The notes: generated by a model not told the origin, from the sequence alone. 64,000 bases of DNA from Isurus oxyrinchus (GCA_026770705.1 JANJGN010000150.1:310001-374000); one strand, 5' to 3'; shown: positions 12,901 to 26,484, counted from the first letter of the stretch. Made by a program: numbers and translations.

Positions 12901-13429
12901 AAGTTTTTAGTTGACTGGGTAGACAGAGAATATTTCCCCTTGCGGGCAGGAGAATAACTAGAGGCCGAGTGATTGGTGATTCCTTAAACATTGAAGAGAG
13001 AATGAACACCAATCAGATTGAATCAGATTAGCCAATCAGCTGTGTTGAAGAGCAGACAGGAATGTTAGGCTAATTAGTGATTCATGACGGTGATAATGGG
13101 GGGAGTTCTGAGGGCTCCTAATCCATTGTCCTGTCTTGTAAATCAGCACTGAATGGATCTCAATAGGTGTGCCTTGTAGACACTGTGTTGGGAGGAAGAC
13201 TGGCTTCACTAAACAGGTTCCTGAGGACCATGAGCCAATGTAGAATGAACTTGTCCACTCCTGTGTCCAGGATTCACTTCCATCCATTGTGAAACCTTGG
13301 GGAGTTCCTTGTGTGTCCTGTAGATGGTCCACACTGCAGCCACTGTGCCCCAGTGATGGAGGGGGTGGATATCGAGTCTAGTGGATCTACAAACCTTCCA
13401 GAGTTAAATATTGATATTTCTCTCCCCAG

Positions 13430-13798
13430 TTGGACTGTCACAAGAGTGGAAAGGTGACACTCCACGAGAGGTGTCAGCGCAGCAATGCTCGTGTGTACAG
13501 ATTCCATGTCATTACAGTTATCCAGCAAAATTTGAAAACCAACCGCGAGGTGCACTCTGGTTTAATAATGAGAAACAGATTCCCTGGGCTCCCATTGCCT
13601 TTCACTCCAAGGATCACAGTCACGAGTTACCACGGTTCCACCATCGGACCCGGCTGTCTGGAGACCTGAAAGATGGCGACTGTTCCCTGATTATAAACAA
13701 CATCAGACGGGAAGATGCAGGACCTTATTTTTTCAGAATAGAATTTGACAATGGTCCGAGCCATAACTATTACCCTGTAACCCAGCTTCACGTTTCTG
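13430..13798 (+). CDS. Siglec V-set (sialic-acid-binding) domain exon, unit A
   Basis: Phase 1-1, 369 nt. CVQIPCHYSY..W..RTRLSGDLKDGDCSLIINNIRREDAGPYFFRIE has the Siglec B/E-strand Cys pair and the F-strand Arg (AGA 13735-13737). ccccag/ and /gtaagt sites. Confidence 0.93.
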
Positions 13799-14198
13799 GT
13801 AAGTGCTGTGTTATAATTACTCAACAATTCACATTCAACACTCAATGGGAAATAACACAAACTGTGACGTTTACATATTAACACAAAACACAGCTTATTA
13901 TAACACACTGTCTGATTCTCAATAACCTCGTGATAGCTTCCAGATCAGTCCTAAAGCAACCTCTAATACTCACTTTAATATCAATGATTAAATGCATTGA
14001 CTGTGTCCATTAATGTTATCAGGTTATCCACTCCCATCGATCTCTCTAATCCTGTTTAAAAGTCTTTCCTGATCATTGTAACCTCTCAGTTCTGACATCA
14101 TCCTTGTAAAAGTGCTTCCTCTTGTGGGACTGTGGTTTCTATTTGAACTGATGCTTCACGTTATATTTCTCTAAAAGGATCCATTCTCTGTCTGTTAG

Positions 14199-14495
14199 AT
14201 TTCACAGATAAACCCAAGATATTCCCTGCTGAAATTATTGCAGGAAAGCGTGTGGATGTAAGCTGCACCTTCAACACAACGTGCAATGGAACAGCAGCAC
14301 CTGTCTTAACCTGGGACACTCCCACTGACGTACCTGGATCTGTCTCAAACACTGTAACTCAGCATGGTGTCACTCTGACCTATACTTCTGTTCTGACCCT
14401 GACCCCGTCACTCAAACACCACGGACACACTCTCAGCTGCAGAGTGAGATATCCATCTGTTTCATCGGAGCGGACCCTCGTACTAACTGTGCAAG
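14199..14495 (+). CDS. Siglec C2-set domain 2 exon, unit A
   Basis: DFTDKPKIFPAEIIAGKRVDVSCTFNTTCNGTAAPVLTW...HHGHTLSCRV; phase 1-1, 297 nt. Confidence 0.92.
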
Positions 14496-14509
14496 GTAAG
14501 TATGGACAT

Positions 14510-15915
14510 CCAGTGTCTGGTGAGATAGTTGATACATTGGTTTTCATCTTCCAAAACTCCCTAGATTGAAGGAAGGTCCCATTAGATTGGAAGATAGGAA
14601 ATGTAGCTCCATTATTCAAAAAGAGAGGGAGACAGAAATTGGGCAACTATAGGTTTAACATCTGTCATAGGGAAATTGTTAGGAGCTATTATTAAAGACG
14701 TTATAGCAGGGCACTCCAATAAGCTCAATGTCATCAGGCATAGTCAACATTGTTTTGTGACAGGGCAATTGCATTTAGCCAACTTATTGGATTTCTTTGA
14801 GGAAGTAACTTGTGAATAAAGGGGAACTGGTGGATGTACTGTACCTATACATCCAGGAGGCATTGGATAAAGTGCCACATCACAGGTTATTGTGGATAAT
14901 AAAAGCTCATTATGTAGAGGCTAACATTTCGGCATGGTTAGAAGATTGGCTAGCTAGCAGGAAGCAGCGAGTAGGCATAAATGGGTCTTTTTCAGGTTGG
15001 CAGAATGTGAGGATTGATGTGCCACAGGGGTCAGTGCTGGGACCACAACAGTTATCAATTTCTGTAAATCATTTTGATGAAGGGATTGTTGGGATGGTAA
15101 CTAAATTTGCTGATGATACAGGGATATGAAATGGTCCATTTTGACAGGAGAAATGAAAGAGAAGCATGTTATCTAAGTGGTGAGAGATTGCATTGTTCTG
15201 AAGTGCAGAGGGATCTGGGTGTTCCAGTGCATGAATCATAAAAGGCCAATATCCAGGTTCAGCAAATAACTAGGAAAGCTAATAAAACGTTATCATTGAT
15301 TGTGAGGGGGAATTGAATACAAAAGTAGGGAGGCTACACTTCAGTTGTACAGGGAACTGCTGAGACCACATTAGGAGTACTGTGTACAGTATTGGTCTCC
15401 TTATTTAAGGAAGGATGTAAATGCGTCGGAAGCAGTTCAGAGAAGGTTGACCAGACCAATACCTGGAATGGGTGGGTTTGTCTGATGAGGAAAGGCTGGA
15501 CAGACTAGGATTGGATCAGCTGGAGTTGAGAAGAGTAAGAGGCGACTTGATTGAAACATGTAAGATCCTGAGGGGTCTTGACAGGGTGGGTGTGGAGAGG
15601 GAGTTTCCTCTTATGGAAGAATCTAGAACTCGGGGTGACTGATTAAAAGTAACGGGACGTACATTTAAGAGAGAGATGAGATGAATTTTTTTTCTCTCCG
15701 GGTTTGTGAGTCTTTGGAACTCTCTTCCTGAAATGATGGGAGAAACAGGGTCTTGAGATATTTTTAAAGCAGAGCAGCACAGATCCTTGGTAAGCAAGGG
15801 GGTGAGAGGTTATCGGGGGTGGATGGGATGCAGATTTCAGGTTAATATCAGATCAGCCAAGATCTTATTAAATGATGGACCAGCCTCAAGGGGCTGAATG
15901 GCCTACTCCTGCTCG
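14510..15915 (+). mobile_element. CR1 LINE RT fragment with 3' tail
   Basis: ORF 14812-15129 (KQRVGINGSFSGW..VPQGSVLGP..KFADDT). Confidence 0.9.
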
Positions 15916-16019
15916 TTGTTTACCTATTCTACATCAGCTGTGATAGTCCTGACTTTGCACAGCAAGATCCCACAAACTGCTCTCTGTTTAGCAACAGATC
16001 ACCTATCTGATAAAAATTC

Positions 16020-16670
16020 ACCTCTGACAGTGCAGGACTCTCTCAGAACTGACACTCCAACAGTTCAGCACCACCTCTCCACTGACCCTCTGACAATGTA
16101 GCGCTCCCTCAGTACTGACCCTCCAACAGTTCAGCACCATCTCTCTACTGACCCTCTGACAATGCATCACTCCCTCAGTACTGACCACCTGACAGTGCAG
16201 TGCTCCCGCAGCACTGACCCACCGACAATGCTGCAATCCCTAGGTACTGACCCTCCGACAGTGCAGCACTCCCTCAGTACTGAGAGTCAGTACTGCGGGA
16301 GTGCTGCACTGTCGGACGGTCAGTACTGAGGGAGTGCTGCACTGTCAGAGGGCAGTACTGAGAGAGTGCCACACTGTCAGAGTGTCAGTACTGAGGGAGT
16401 GCTGCACTGTCAGAGGGTCAGTACTGAGGGAGTGCTGCACTTTGGAGGGTGAATACTGAGGGAGTGCTGCACTGTCAGAGGGTCATTACTGAGGGATTGC
16501 TGCAATGTCAGAGGGTCAGTACTGATGGAGTGCTGTACTGTCAGAGGGTCAGTACTGAGGGAGTGCTGCACCGTCGGAGGGTGAGTACTGAGGGGGTGCT
16601 GCACCTTTGGGGGGTCAGTATTGAGGGAGTGCTGCACCGTTGGGGGGTCATTGCCGAGTGAGTGCTGCTC
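16020..16670. repeat. 31-bp satellite (ctgaccctccgacagtgcagcactccctcagta) that switches orientation near 16285
   Basis: Forward units 16020-16283, reverse units 16287-16670. Same family at 19480, 23845, 30500, 37500, 39900, 49690, 55530, 63520. Confidence 0.9.
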
Positions 16671-17296
16671 TGTCAGAATTATCACTTGTATCAAAATGTT
16701 TTTAACTTTACTGTTGTTCCCACTTCAGCTGCAACTGCTCCACATCCCCATGTGTTAACTGGAGCATGTCAGCCTGGAGTTACGTGGAATTGCAGAGCAG
16801 AATCTGCTCTCACACATTGAAGCTGGCAATCGCTAAGTGTCCCTCAGTGATGATGTTTTCTGATGGAATGAAACTTGGCAAAGCCGTGGGTAGTGATAAG
16901 GAGAGATTGGGCATGAGAGGGGCAGGATCAGTGTGAGGTGGGCAGACACATGGCTGATGCAGTTCAGCGCAGTGTCGTGTGAAGTGACGCACTTTGTCAG
17001 GATGAATACAGACAGATATTGGACAGTAATGATTTGGACAGGTGTAGGTGAGCAGAGACCTGGGCGTCTCTCTGCACTCATTCTGAAAGATTAAAGGACA
17101 ACTTGTTGAGGTGATGAAGAAAGAAAATGTCTTCCTTGTGTTAACAGACTGAGGAACTGAGTTAAAAGCAAAGAGATCATGCGGGAACTTTATAAATCAC
17201 TGGTTAGAACTCAGCTGGAATGTTGTTCAGAACGCTGGGCCTCCACACTTCAGGAAAGATGTAAGAGCTTCAGACAGGGTGTCCAAGAGGACAAAA

Positions 17297-17585
17297 CAGT
17301 AAAAACTGGGACATAAGAGTCCTGCTCCAAACTGGTCTTGTATAGCTTAACGTATAACACCAGTAAAACTGGGAAATAAGAGTACTGCTCCAAACTGGTC
17401 TTGTATAGCTTAACATATAACACCAGTAAAACTGGGAAATAAGAGTCCTGGTCCAAACTGGTCTTGTATAGCTTAATATAGAACACCAGTAAAACTGGGA
17501 AATAAGAGTCCTGGTCCAAACTGGTCTTGCATAGCTTAATATAGAACACCAGTAAAACTGCGAGATAAGAGTACTGATCTGAACT
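17297..17585 (+). repeat. 63-bp tandem repeat, ~4.5 copies
   Basis: Unit cagtaaaactgggaaataagagtcctggtccaaactggtcttgtatagcttaatatagaacac. Confidence 0.9.
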
Positions 17586-17599
17586 GATTTTTTGCTTCT

Positions 17600-18060
17600 G
17601 GGTGGAGAAGAGATTAAGCAGAAGGGGTCCAGGGATGAAGGATTTTAGCTACAAGGTTGGGTTGGAGAAGCTGGGGTTGTTCTCCTTGGAACAAAGGAGA
17701 TTGAGGGGGGATCTGATCGAGGTGTACAAGATGATGATGGGTTTAGATACGGTAGACAAAGAGAAGCTATTGCCATTAGCTGATGGTACAAGGACTGGGG
17801 GACACAGATTGAAGGTTTTGTGCAGAGGGAGTGATGTGAGGAGGAACTTTTTTATAGAGTGAGTGGTAATGAGCTGGAACTCGCTGCCTACGAGGATGGT
17901 GGAAGTGTAGACGATGAACGATTTCAAAAGGAAATTGGACGGACACTTGGAAATAAACTTGCAGGGATACGAGGACAGAGCGGGGGGAATGGGCCTGAGT
18001 GGATTGCTCTACAGAGAAACAGCATGAACTGAATGGGCCAATGGCCTCCTTCTGTGTTCT
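17600..18060 (+). mobile_element. CR1 LINE 3' fragment (near-identical reverse copy at 29190-29720)
   Basis: LEKLGLFSLEQRRLRGDLIEVYKMM. Confidence 0.9.
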
Positions 18061-18147
18061 GAGTGTCTGTGACCCTATTGAAAAATCAGAGGACAAATCC
18101 AAATTGTTTTCTGCTTGTCAGTTAACTTCTGGAACTTTCTATTACAG

Positions 18148-18435
18148 ATGCTCCAGATAAGCCAGTTATTGTGCTCCTGAAGGATTTACAGGAGGGGACT
18201 CCTGCACATATCATCTGTAAATGCCTCTACACCTGCCCTGATAACCACCTCAATCTAACCTGGAGTGAATTGCTGACTTCCTCGGTCAGCACCATCACAG
18301 AGAACGGTGGTGATGTTTCCGCTCTACTGACCTTTAACCCTTCGTTCAAGCATCATGGACGAACTCTCTGCTGTACGTGTGACTACTCTCAAACCAGCCA
18401 TCGAGTGGTCAACTCAGTTACTCTGAGTGTAAAGT
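18148..18435 (+). CDS. Siglec-like C2-set exon, unit A
   Basis: DAPDKPVIVLLKDLQEGTPAHIICKCLYTCPDNHLNLTW...HHGRTLCCTC; phase 1-1, 288 nt. Confidence 0.88.
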
Positions 18436-18943
18436 GTAAGTATTGGTTAGAACATCCTGCTTGTGATGGAGGGGGAGTCAGTCTCCTACTAAATCAGGCA
18501 TTGGAGAAGGTGCAAGTGGGATTGACAAGGATGATTCCAGAACTGAGAGGTTATAACTATCAGGAAAGACTGAACAAGCTGGGCTTCTTTTCTCTAGAAA
18601 AGAGAAGGCTGAGGGGGTGACCTGATCAAGGTCCTTAAAATAGTGAAAGGGTTTCGATAGGGTAGATGTGGAGAAGATGTCTCCACTTGTCGGAGTGACG
18701 AAGAGTTAGGGGCCATCAATATAAGATCATCACTAATAAAATGGTGCACACTGCAAACAATGTGCGTTCATGGTGGAGGGAGTGAATGTTGAAGATGGTG
18801 GGTGGGATGCCAATCAATCGGGCTGCGTTGTCCTGGATGGTGTCGAGCTTCTTGAGTGTTGTTGGAGCCGCACTCATCCCGGCAACTGGAGAGAATTCCA
18901 TCACACTCAGTGTTTAATGTGTTGATAATTTTGTATTTGAAAG

Positions 18944-19201
18944 ATTCTCCTCGCAACACGTCTGTCAGGCTGACACTGGAAAAAGGAAAGGTGATTTCTC
19001 TAAGTTGTTCCAGTGACGAGAATCCTGCGGTCCACAATTTCACCTGGTTTAAGATCTCCCAAGGAAAGGTGACGAATCTGGCGCTCGCTGGTCAAACTAT
19101 TACAGTTCCTTCTGGATTCGATGAGGAAATCTCCTACTACTGTGAAGCAACAAGTATCCTGGGCAGTTCCCAGTCTCTGCCCATTAGAATTCCCACTGAA
19201 T
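18944..19201 (+). CDS. CD22-like C2 Ig exon, unit A
   Basis: YSPRNTSV..LSCSSDENPAVHNFTWFK..YYCEATSILGSSQS; phase 1-1, 258 nt. Confidence 0.88.
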
Positions 19202-19706
19202 GTGAGTAATTTCAATCCTGACTTTTAAACAATTCCACATCTTGTCCAAACTCCGAGGTGAACCAAATCTCCCCTTGGGTGTTGCTGAAAACATGCTGTC
19301 GAAGGTTTCAGTCTCGTCAGGACAGAGTCACGAGAAAACCCAATCTCAAAGGGAACAGCCATTTCTGATGCGGGGGAAGAGGGCGTGCTGATTGGCTGGC
19401 AAGTCGACATTTCTCCACAGTTTGTTCACAATTCTCAGTGATGGTCACCATGAAACTACCAGATTGTTGTAAAAACCCTTCAGTACTGTCCCTCCAACAG
19501 TGCAGATCTCCCTCGCTACTGACTCTCTAATAGTGTAGCACCCTCTCAGTACTGACCTTCTGACATTGCAGGACTCCCTCAGGACTGAACTGAAGTGTCT
19601 GCCTGAATTAAGTTCTTTGTGGTGAAGGAACCTACATTGATATCACACCTTTCACATTCTCAGGGTCTCTCAAAGTGTTTCACAGTCAATGTAAGTAACT
19701 GATCAG

Positions 19707-19988
19707 ACACACCACAGAATCTCTCAATTAATTCTCTTGATATAATTAACGCTTCATCGATCAATATAATTGAGGGGAATTCTGCAGTGATAATCTGCTC
19801 TGTCGAGAGCTTCCCAGCTTCTAACCTGACGTGGTGACATCTTAATGTCCCAATGAACAGAACAAGTTCCAACAATGAGCTGTGGTTGGTGATTCCTCAC
19901 GTTACATCCAGGGACACGGGACACTATCAGTGTGCGGCAGAGAAGGAACATGGAGCAGTGGAGGGATTTATAACCATCTCTGTGGAAC
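19707..19988 (+). pseudogene. Disabled membrane-proximal C2 exon, unit A
   Basis: Paralog of 50839-51120 with CGA>TGA stop at 19835-19837; the acceptor lacks a pyrimidine tract. Confidence 0.85.
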
Positions 19989-20019
19989 GTGAGTTACACA
20001 GAATTGAACGTTCTTGTGT

Positions 20020-21060
20020 TATTAGCTCATGGGATGTGGGCATTGTTGACAAGACCAGAAATTATTGCCCATCTGTAACTGCCCCTTGAGAAGGTGGTGG
20101 TGAGCTGCCTTCTTTAACCACTGCAATCCATGTGGTGGAGGCACACCCACAGTGCTGTTTGGGAGGGAGTTCCAGGATTTTGTCCCAGTGATGGTGAAGG
20201 AACGGCCGATATAGTTCCAAGTCACAGGGCAGACCACCACCTCAAGTTCACCTCCAAATCACACACCTCACTGACTTGGAACTGTCTTGGTGGAAGAGGT
20301 TAAGAGTTTGGAAGGTGCTGTCGAAGGAGCCTTGGTGAGTTGCTGCAGTGCATCTTGTAGATGGTGCACACTGCTGCCATTGTGTGCCAGTGGTGGAGGA
20401 TATGAATGTTTATGCTGGTGGATGGGCTGTCGATCAAACAAGCTGCTCCTGGATGGTGTTGAGGTTCTTGAGTGTTGTTGGAGCTGCACTCATCCAGCCA
20501 AGTGGAGATTATTCCATCACACTCCTGACTTGTGCCTTGTCGATGGTGGACAGGCTTTGGGTGGTCAGGAGTTGAATTACTCACCACAGAGTTCCCAGCC
20601 TCTGACCCGCTCTTGTAGCCACATTATTTCCTGTTGCTGGGTTGTTGCCAGGGCCAATAGCCTTTGCTGTATCCAGTATCATCAGCTGATTCCTGATGTC
20701 ACGTGGAGTCAATCGAATTGTCTGAAAGCTGACATCTGTGATGCTGGGACCCTCTGGAGGAGGCCGAGATGGAGCATCCACTCAGCACTTCTGGCTGAAC
20801 ATGGTTGCCAATGCTTCAGCCTTGTCGTTTGCACTGATGTGCTGAGCTCCCCCATCATTAAGGATGGGGATATTTGTGGAGCATCCTCCTCCTGTTAGAT
20901 CTTTAATTGTCCATCACCATTCATGACTGGATGTGGCAGGACTGCAGAGCTTAGATCTGACCCGTTGGTTGTGGGATCGCTTTGCTCTGTCTATAGCATG
21001 TTGTTTCCGCTGTTTGGCGTGTATGTAGTCCTGTGTGTCACCTCAGCAGCTTGGCACCTC
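20020..21060 (-). mobile_element. CR1/L2-clade LINE fragments
   Basis: Reverse copy of the element at 57780-58830 (AVCTIYKMHCSNSPRLLRQHLPN). Confidence 0.8.
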
Positions 21061-21252
21061 TGTTATATGCGAATCCTCCTTATAGAAACCTGCATGTACA
21101 TGGATATTATCAATAAATATTACATAGATAAATGTTATTTGTATAAATCTTTCATGCATAGACAATATCACTTCACAAGTTCAGAATTACTACATGTACA
21201 TAGGGAACCATTCTCAAACTGTACCGGAGTCATTCATTGGCTGATTTTACAG

Positions 21253-21349
21253 GGCGAGATTCCAATGAATGGAAAGCAGGATTGCTTGGAGCTGGAATCT
21301 GTTTGAGTGTTGGACTGAGTGGATTCTTCATTTTCAAGTGTGTGAGAAA
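21253..21349 (+). CDS. Transmembrane exon, unit A
   Basis: RDSNEWKAGLLGAGICLSVGLSGFFIFKCVRK; ttttacag/ and AA/gtaagt; paralog of 54075-54171. Confidence 0.85.
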
Positions 21350-21958
21350 GTAAGTGTGAAGGTTTAATTGGTTGTTTTCGAAAATGTTTTCTTCAAACTT
21401 CTCTCCTTATAGAAAGAACTTTCATTTCTATAGCACCTTTTACAACCCAAAACGCTTCACAGCCCCTGAAGAATTTTGATGTTCACCTACTGTTTAACAT
21501 CTCATCCAACACTCAATGTTTCACAACTCAGACCTGTAACAGGCAGTGTTGACCCGGACCATAAGATACCTTGTGACCTACTGAGGATGTGAAAGGTGCT
21601 ATATAAATGAAAACCTTTCTTTTGTTAGTGAATGCAATCTCTTTCCTTTTTCCATGTTTCATTCACTCTCTCTTATCTCCACTAATGTTGGCCTTCTCAT
21701 TCTCTCTCTCATTCACTCTCTCTCCAATCTCCACTAATGCTCTCCTTCTCATTCTCTCTCTCATTCACTCTCTCTCTCCAGTCTCCACTAATGCTTTCCT
21801 TCTCATTCTCTCTCTCATTCACTCTCTCTCTTATCTTCAGTCATGCCCTCCTTCTCATTCTCGCTCTCATTCACTCTCTCTCCTATCTCCACTAATGCTC
21901 TCCTTCTCATTCTCTCTCTCGTCCTCTTACACAATGTTCAGTATCTCACATTTTTAAG

Positions 21959-22019
21959 GAGCGCTGAGCAACATCTGCTCCTTCAGAAGATCCACCTCAA
22001 CACCTGGAGTGAGCAGTGA
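21959..22019 (+). CDS. Possible short terminal cytoplasmic exon, unit A (KSAEQHLLLQKIHLNTWSEQ*)
   Basis: tttttaag acceptor after a pyrimidine-rich stretch, phase-2 compatible; no homology support. Confidence 0.3.
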
Positions 22020-22739
22020 ATTGAAACTCGCTCACCAACTGCTCAGCTTTACACAGGAATCACGTCACAGAGTCAGGACACAAAGGGTTAACAGTTTGTT
22101 TACAACACAACACTAAGGCCCTACGTTTCAGTGAAAGGGTTTTCACAATTGTTCCCCAATTCCTGATTTTACTCACAGAGACACATCAACCCTTTCTCAT
22201 TAAATACACAGAGGGAGCAGCACAGGAAGAGGTCATTCAGCCCAAGCAGAGCGTGTGGGCAGTTCCTCCCCAGGCGAGCAGTCGGACAGGTCCTGGGTAA
22301 GTAACGGAACGATTGGAATTCACTTCCACGACCAACACCATCCTTTGTTGATGTTGTGACTTTATAAAGACAGATTCCAATAACTGATGCCTTTGAAAGA
22401 TTTCTACTGATTATTGAGATCTGGGTGTGAGGCTCAAGTCTGTTGTACAGAACATTTTTCTAGCTCAAGGGATGAGGGAAGAGCAGGGACATGAGCTTTG
22501 GGGTGTCCTGAGCAGGTGAAAGGCGATATAGAAATGCAAGTCCTTCATTGTTTTACTTTCTTAAAGCCTTGTAACTCTCTGCAGAGCACATATCATCCCA
22601 CAGAGAATGAAATTAGTCTGTGAAGACATTGTCTAAAAGCAGTTCTGATCTCTCGAGAGGTGTCGGACAAGAGGTGAGGTCTCATTAACTCCTTTCTCTT
22701 TCACAGCTTGAGAACCAATGAAATACCTGGGAGTGGACA

Positions 22740-22779
22740 ATGATCAGGAAATCTTACTTCCTCCTGTCACTTCTCCAAG
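22740..22779 (+). CDS. Leader exon, copy 5 (MIRKSYFLLSLLQ)
   Basis: Paralog of copies 1-4, with exon 1 upstream (donor after 22296). Confidence 0.75.
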
Positions 22780-24863
22780 GTAATATCATTGTCAGCTCGG
22801 ACAGATTTATGGCTAATCATCTTTGTAAAACATAATTCTTATTGAGCTGTGATTGGGAACAGATTCAGCAGTGAGCCAGTGTACAAACTCACACCAAGTC
22901 CCATTCACCCATCACCCCTGTGCTCACTGATATACACTGACTCCCTGTCTGACAGCAGAATTGGAGGATAGCAGAGGACTTTGAGGTTTGCATGGTTGGA
23001 GGAGAAAGTGATTGGAGAAGAGGAATGGAGGGAATGGAAATTGAGGATGAGAATCTTAAACTCGAGGCTCTGCTGGACTGGGAGCCAGTGCAGGTCAGCG
23101 AGTGGCGGAAGGCGTGAGGTGTTGAATTGAGAAACAGTGATAAATACTGGGGGATGAAGTCTATCCTGATGCTTGGACTCCGATAGCAAAGGAATGAAAT
23201 TTGTGTCTTTTGCTGATTTTAATCAGAATTTCCCATGAAGACAACACAGCAGCTCCTAGAATAGACAGGCTGTTCAGTGTCACACTTCCTGTCCATTCTC
23301 ACCTTGCTAGAAACTTCAATAAGGGAGCAAGATAACTGAAAGAGAGAAGGAAGGTAAAGCTGTCCGTGTGTAAAGGTGTCAATATTCAGTTTGTATATTT
23401 GTCTTTCTCTCGACACATGCAGAGCTCAGGCTAGAGGCGCTTTGTTAGTGTGTTTCACAGTGTCTGCTGGAGTAGGGTCAGTGCTGAGCTTGGGGACAAG
23501 TCAGTCTACAATGCTGCATCGGAATCAACAATACAACAATATGGGGTTTGGATCAGAAATAATCCCTCAGACAATGAGGATCCAAAGAGATTCCTTAGAC
23601 AATGAGGATCCAAAAAGATTCCTTAGACATGAGGATCCAAAGAGATTCCTTAGACAATGAGGATCCAAAGAGATTCCTTAGACAATGAACATACAAAGTG
23701 CACCAATCAGATTGAATCAGATTAGCTAATCAGCTGTGTTGAAGAGCAGACAGGAATGTTAGGCTAATTAGTGATTCATGACGGTGACAATGGGGGGAGT
23801 TCTGACGGCTCCTAATCCATTGTCCTGTCTTGTAAATCAGCACCTTAATACTGACCCTCCAACAGTGCAGCACTCCCTCAGTACTGATCCTCCAACATTG
23901 CAGCACTCCCTGATTAATGTCCCTCTGACAGTGCAGCACTCGTCAGTACTGACCCTCAAACAGTGGAGATCTCCCTCAGTACTGACCTTACAATAGTGCA
24001 ACACTCGCTCAGTAATGACCATCCGACAGTGCAGCACTTGCTCAGTACTGACACTGGGGAGTTTCAGTCTACTCTGTGGGGCAGACGTCCCCTGAATCGG
24101 GTCTTGAATCCCACAACATTCTGACCCCCTGAATTTGGCTGTGAAACCCACTGACCCACAGGAGAAACTCCTGGTCAATGACTGTCCACCTGTGAGCAGA
24201 AATATCACCACAGGGTCAGGACACAAAGTTCACCAACATCTCAAAACATGAGCTGCTCTGTCACTTTGATCCAACTTCCTCATTTTGTCTCACAGAGACA
24301 CATCAACCCTTTCTCACTAAATACACAGAGGGGGCAGCACAGGAAGAGGTCATTCAGCCCAAGCAGAGCGTGTGGGCAGTTCCTCCCCAGGCGAGCAGTC
24401 GGACAGGTCCTGGGTAAGTAACGGAACGATTGGAATTCACTTCCACGACCAACACCGTCCTTTGTTGATGTTGTGACTTTATAAAGACAGATTCCAATGA
24501 TTGATGCCTTTGAAAGATTTCTACTGATTATTGAGATCTGGGTGTGAGGCTCAAGTCTGTTGTACAGAACATCTTTCTAGCTCAAGGGATGAGGGAAGTG
24601 CAGAGACATGAGCTTTGGGACATCCTGAGGTGGTGAAAGGTGCGATAGAAATGCAAATCCTTCATTGATTTTCTTTCTTAAAGCCTTGTAACTCTCTGCA
24701 GAGCACCTATCATCCCACAGAGAATCAAACTATTCTGTGAAGACATTGTCTAAAAGCAGTTCTGATCTCTCGAGAGCTGTCGGACAAGAGGTGAGGTCTC
24801 ATTAACTCCTTTCTCTTTCACAGCTTGAGAGTGAGAAGTGGATGGAATATCTGGGAGTGGACG

Positions 24864-24903
24864 ATGATCGGGAAATCTTACTTCCTCCTGTCACTTCTCC
24901 AAG
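24864..24903 (+). CDS. Leader exon, copy 6 (MIGKSYFLLSLLQ), unit B
   Basis: Paralog of copies 1-4, with exon 1 upstream (donor after 24413). Confidence 0.78.
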
Positions 24904-25594
24904 GTAATATCATCGTCAGTATGGACAGATTTATGTTTAACAGTTTTTGTAAAAGATCATTCTTATCTCTTTATCTCTGTAACGTCCTGCAACTCAACCA
25001 AACAACTTCCCAGATCTCTGTGTTACTCCAATTCCGGCCTCTTGACCATCCCCCGATTCCCATCACTCCAATAGTGGCGGCCGTGCCTTCAGCTGCCTGG
25101 GGCCTGAGCTCTGGAATTCACTCCCTAAACCTCGGCGATGGAGGAGATCAGAGGGTTTCATTTTACTGAGAATCACCACGACCACATCACAGCTGCAGTC
25201 AGAATAGACAGAGAGTCCAGCCCTCACACTTCCTGCACAGTTTCACCATAGCAACCACAATAAGGAAGTAAAATAACTGAAAGTTAAACCGAAGCCAAAC
25301 CAGTCGGTGTAGAGAGATGAGATGTTTACACAGTTTCCCTGTGTATCTTGTAGACACTGTGTTGGGTGGAAGACTGGCTTCAGTAAACAGAGTCCTGAGG
25401 ACCATGAGCCAATGTAGAATGAACTTGTCCACTCCTGTGTCCAGGATTCTCTTCCATCCATTGTGAAACCTTGGGGTGTTCCTTGTGTGTCCTGTAGTTA
25501 GTCCACACTGCAGCCACTGTGCCCCAGTGATGGAGGGAGTGGATATCAAGTCTAGTGGATTGACAAACCATCCAGAGTTAAATATTGACATTTA

Positions 25595-25625
25595 TATTAC
25601 CCTGTAACCCGGCTTCACGTTTCTG
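25595..25625 (+). pseudogene. Remnant of the unit B V exon after a ~350-bp deletion
   Basis: Flanks match 13160-13419 and 13768-14060; the acceptor and nearly all of the V domain are gone. Confidence 0.9.
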
Positions 25626-26484
25626 GTAAGTGCTGTGTTATAATTACTCAACAATTCACATTCAACACTCAATGGGAAATAACACTAACTGTGACGTTTA
25701 CATATTAACACAAAACACAGCTTATTATAACACACTGTCTGATTCTCAATAACCTGGTGATAGCTTCCAGTTCAGTCCTAAAGCAACCTCTAATACTCAC
25801 TTTAATATCAATGATGAAAAGCATTAACTGTATTATCAGGTTATCCATTCCCATCAATCTCTCCTGTCCTGTTTAAAAGTCTGACGTATCGATAAAAGAA
25901 AGATGTGCATTTCTGCAGCGCAATTTACCACCTCAGGAGGATCCAAATCCCTTCACAGCCAATGAAATTATTCCTGAATTGTAGTCACAGATGTAAAACA
26001 CAGCAGGCAGTTTGTGCACAGCAAGATCCAACAAACCACAAGGTGATAAATCACCCAGATCACTGAGGAAATGAGAAGCCAGTGAACTCAAACCTCTGGT
26101 CTGATGAAGAGTCATACGGACTCGAAACGTTAACCCTGTCTTCCTCTCCACTGATACTGTCAGACCTGCTGAGTCTTTCCAGCAATTTTTGTTTTTGTTT
26201 CAGATTTCCAGCATCCGCAGTATTCTGCTTTTAACTCCAATCTCTGGTCTGAGCCTCTTCTCTCATCCAGTGTTCTCAATTCACATGTCTCGGAGTGAAC
26301 GTGTATTAAGCTGAGAGACAGAAACACTACTGCCAAAGAGCAAGAAAATCTTTCCTGATCATTGTAACCTCTCAGTTCTGATATCATCCTTGTAAAAGTG
26401 CTTTCTCTTGTGGGACTGTGGTTTCTATTTGAACTGATGCTTCATGTTATATTTCTCTAAAAGGATCCATTTTCTGTCTGTTAG

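Noticed and set aside
3993-13798. Multiple leaders plus V as a rearranging Ig/TCR locus
   Set aside because: The V exon ends in a GT donor with no adjacent heptamer-nonamer RSS, and the Cys pattern is Siglec-type.
13430-21349. Naming unit A CD22, MAG or SIGLEC1
   Set aside because: Orthology cannot be fixed without a phylogeny; it looks like a lineage-specific expansion.
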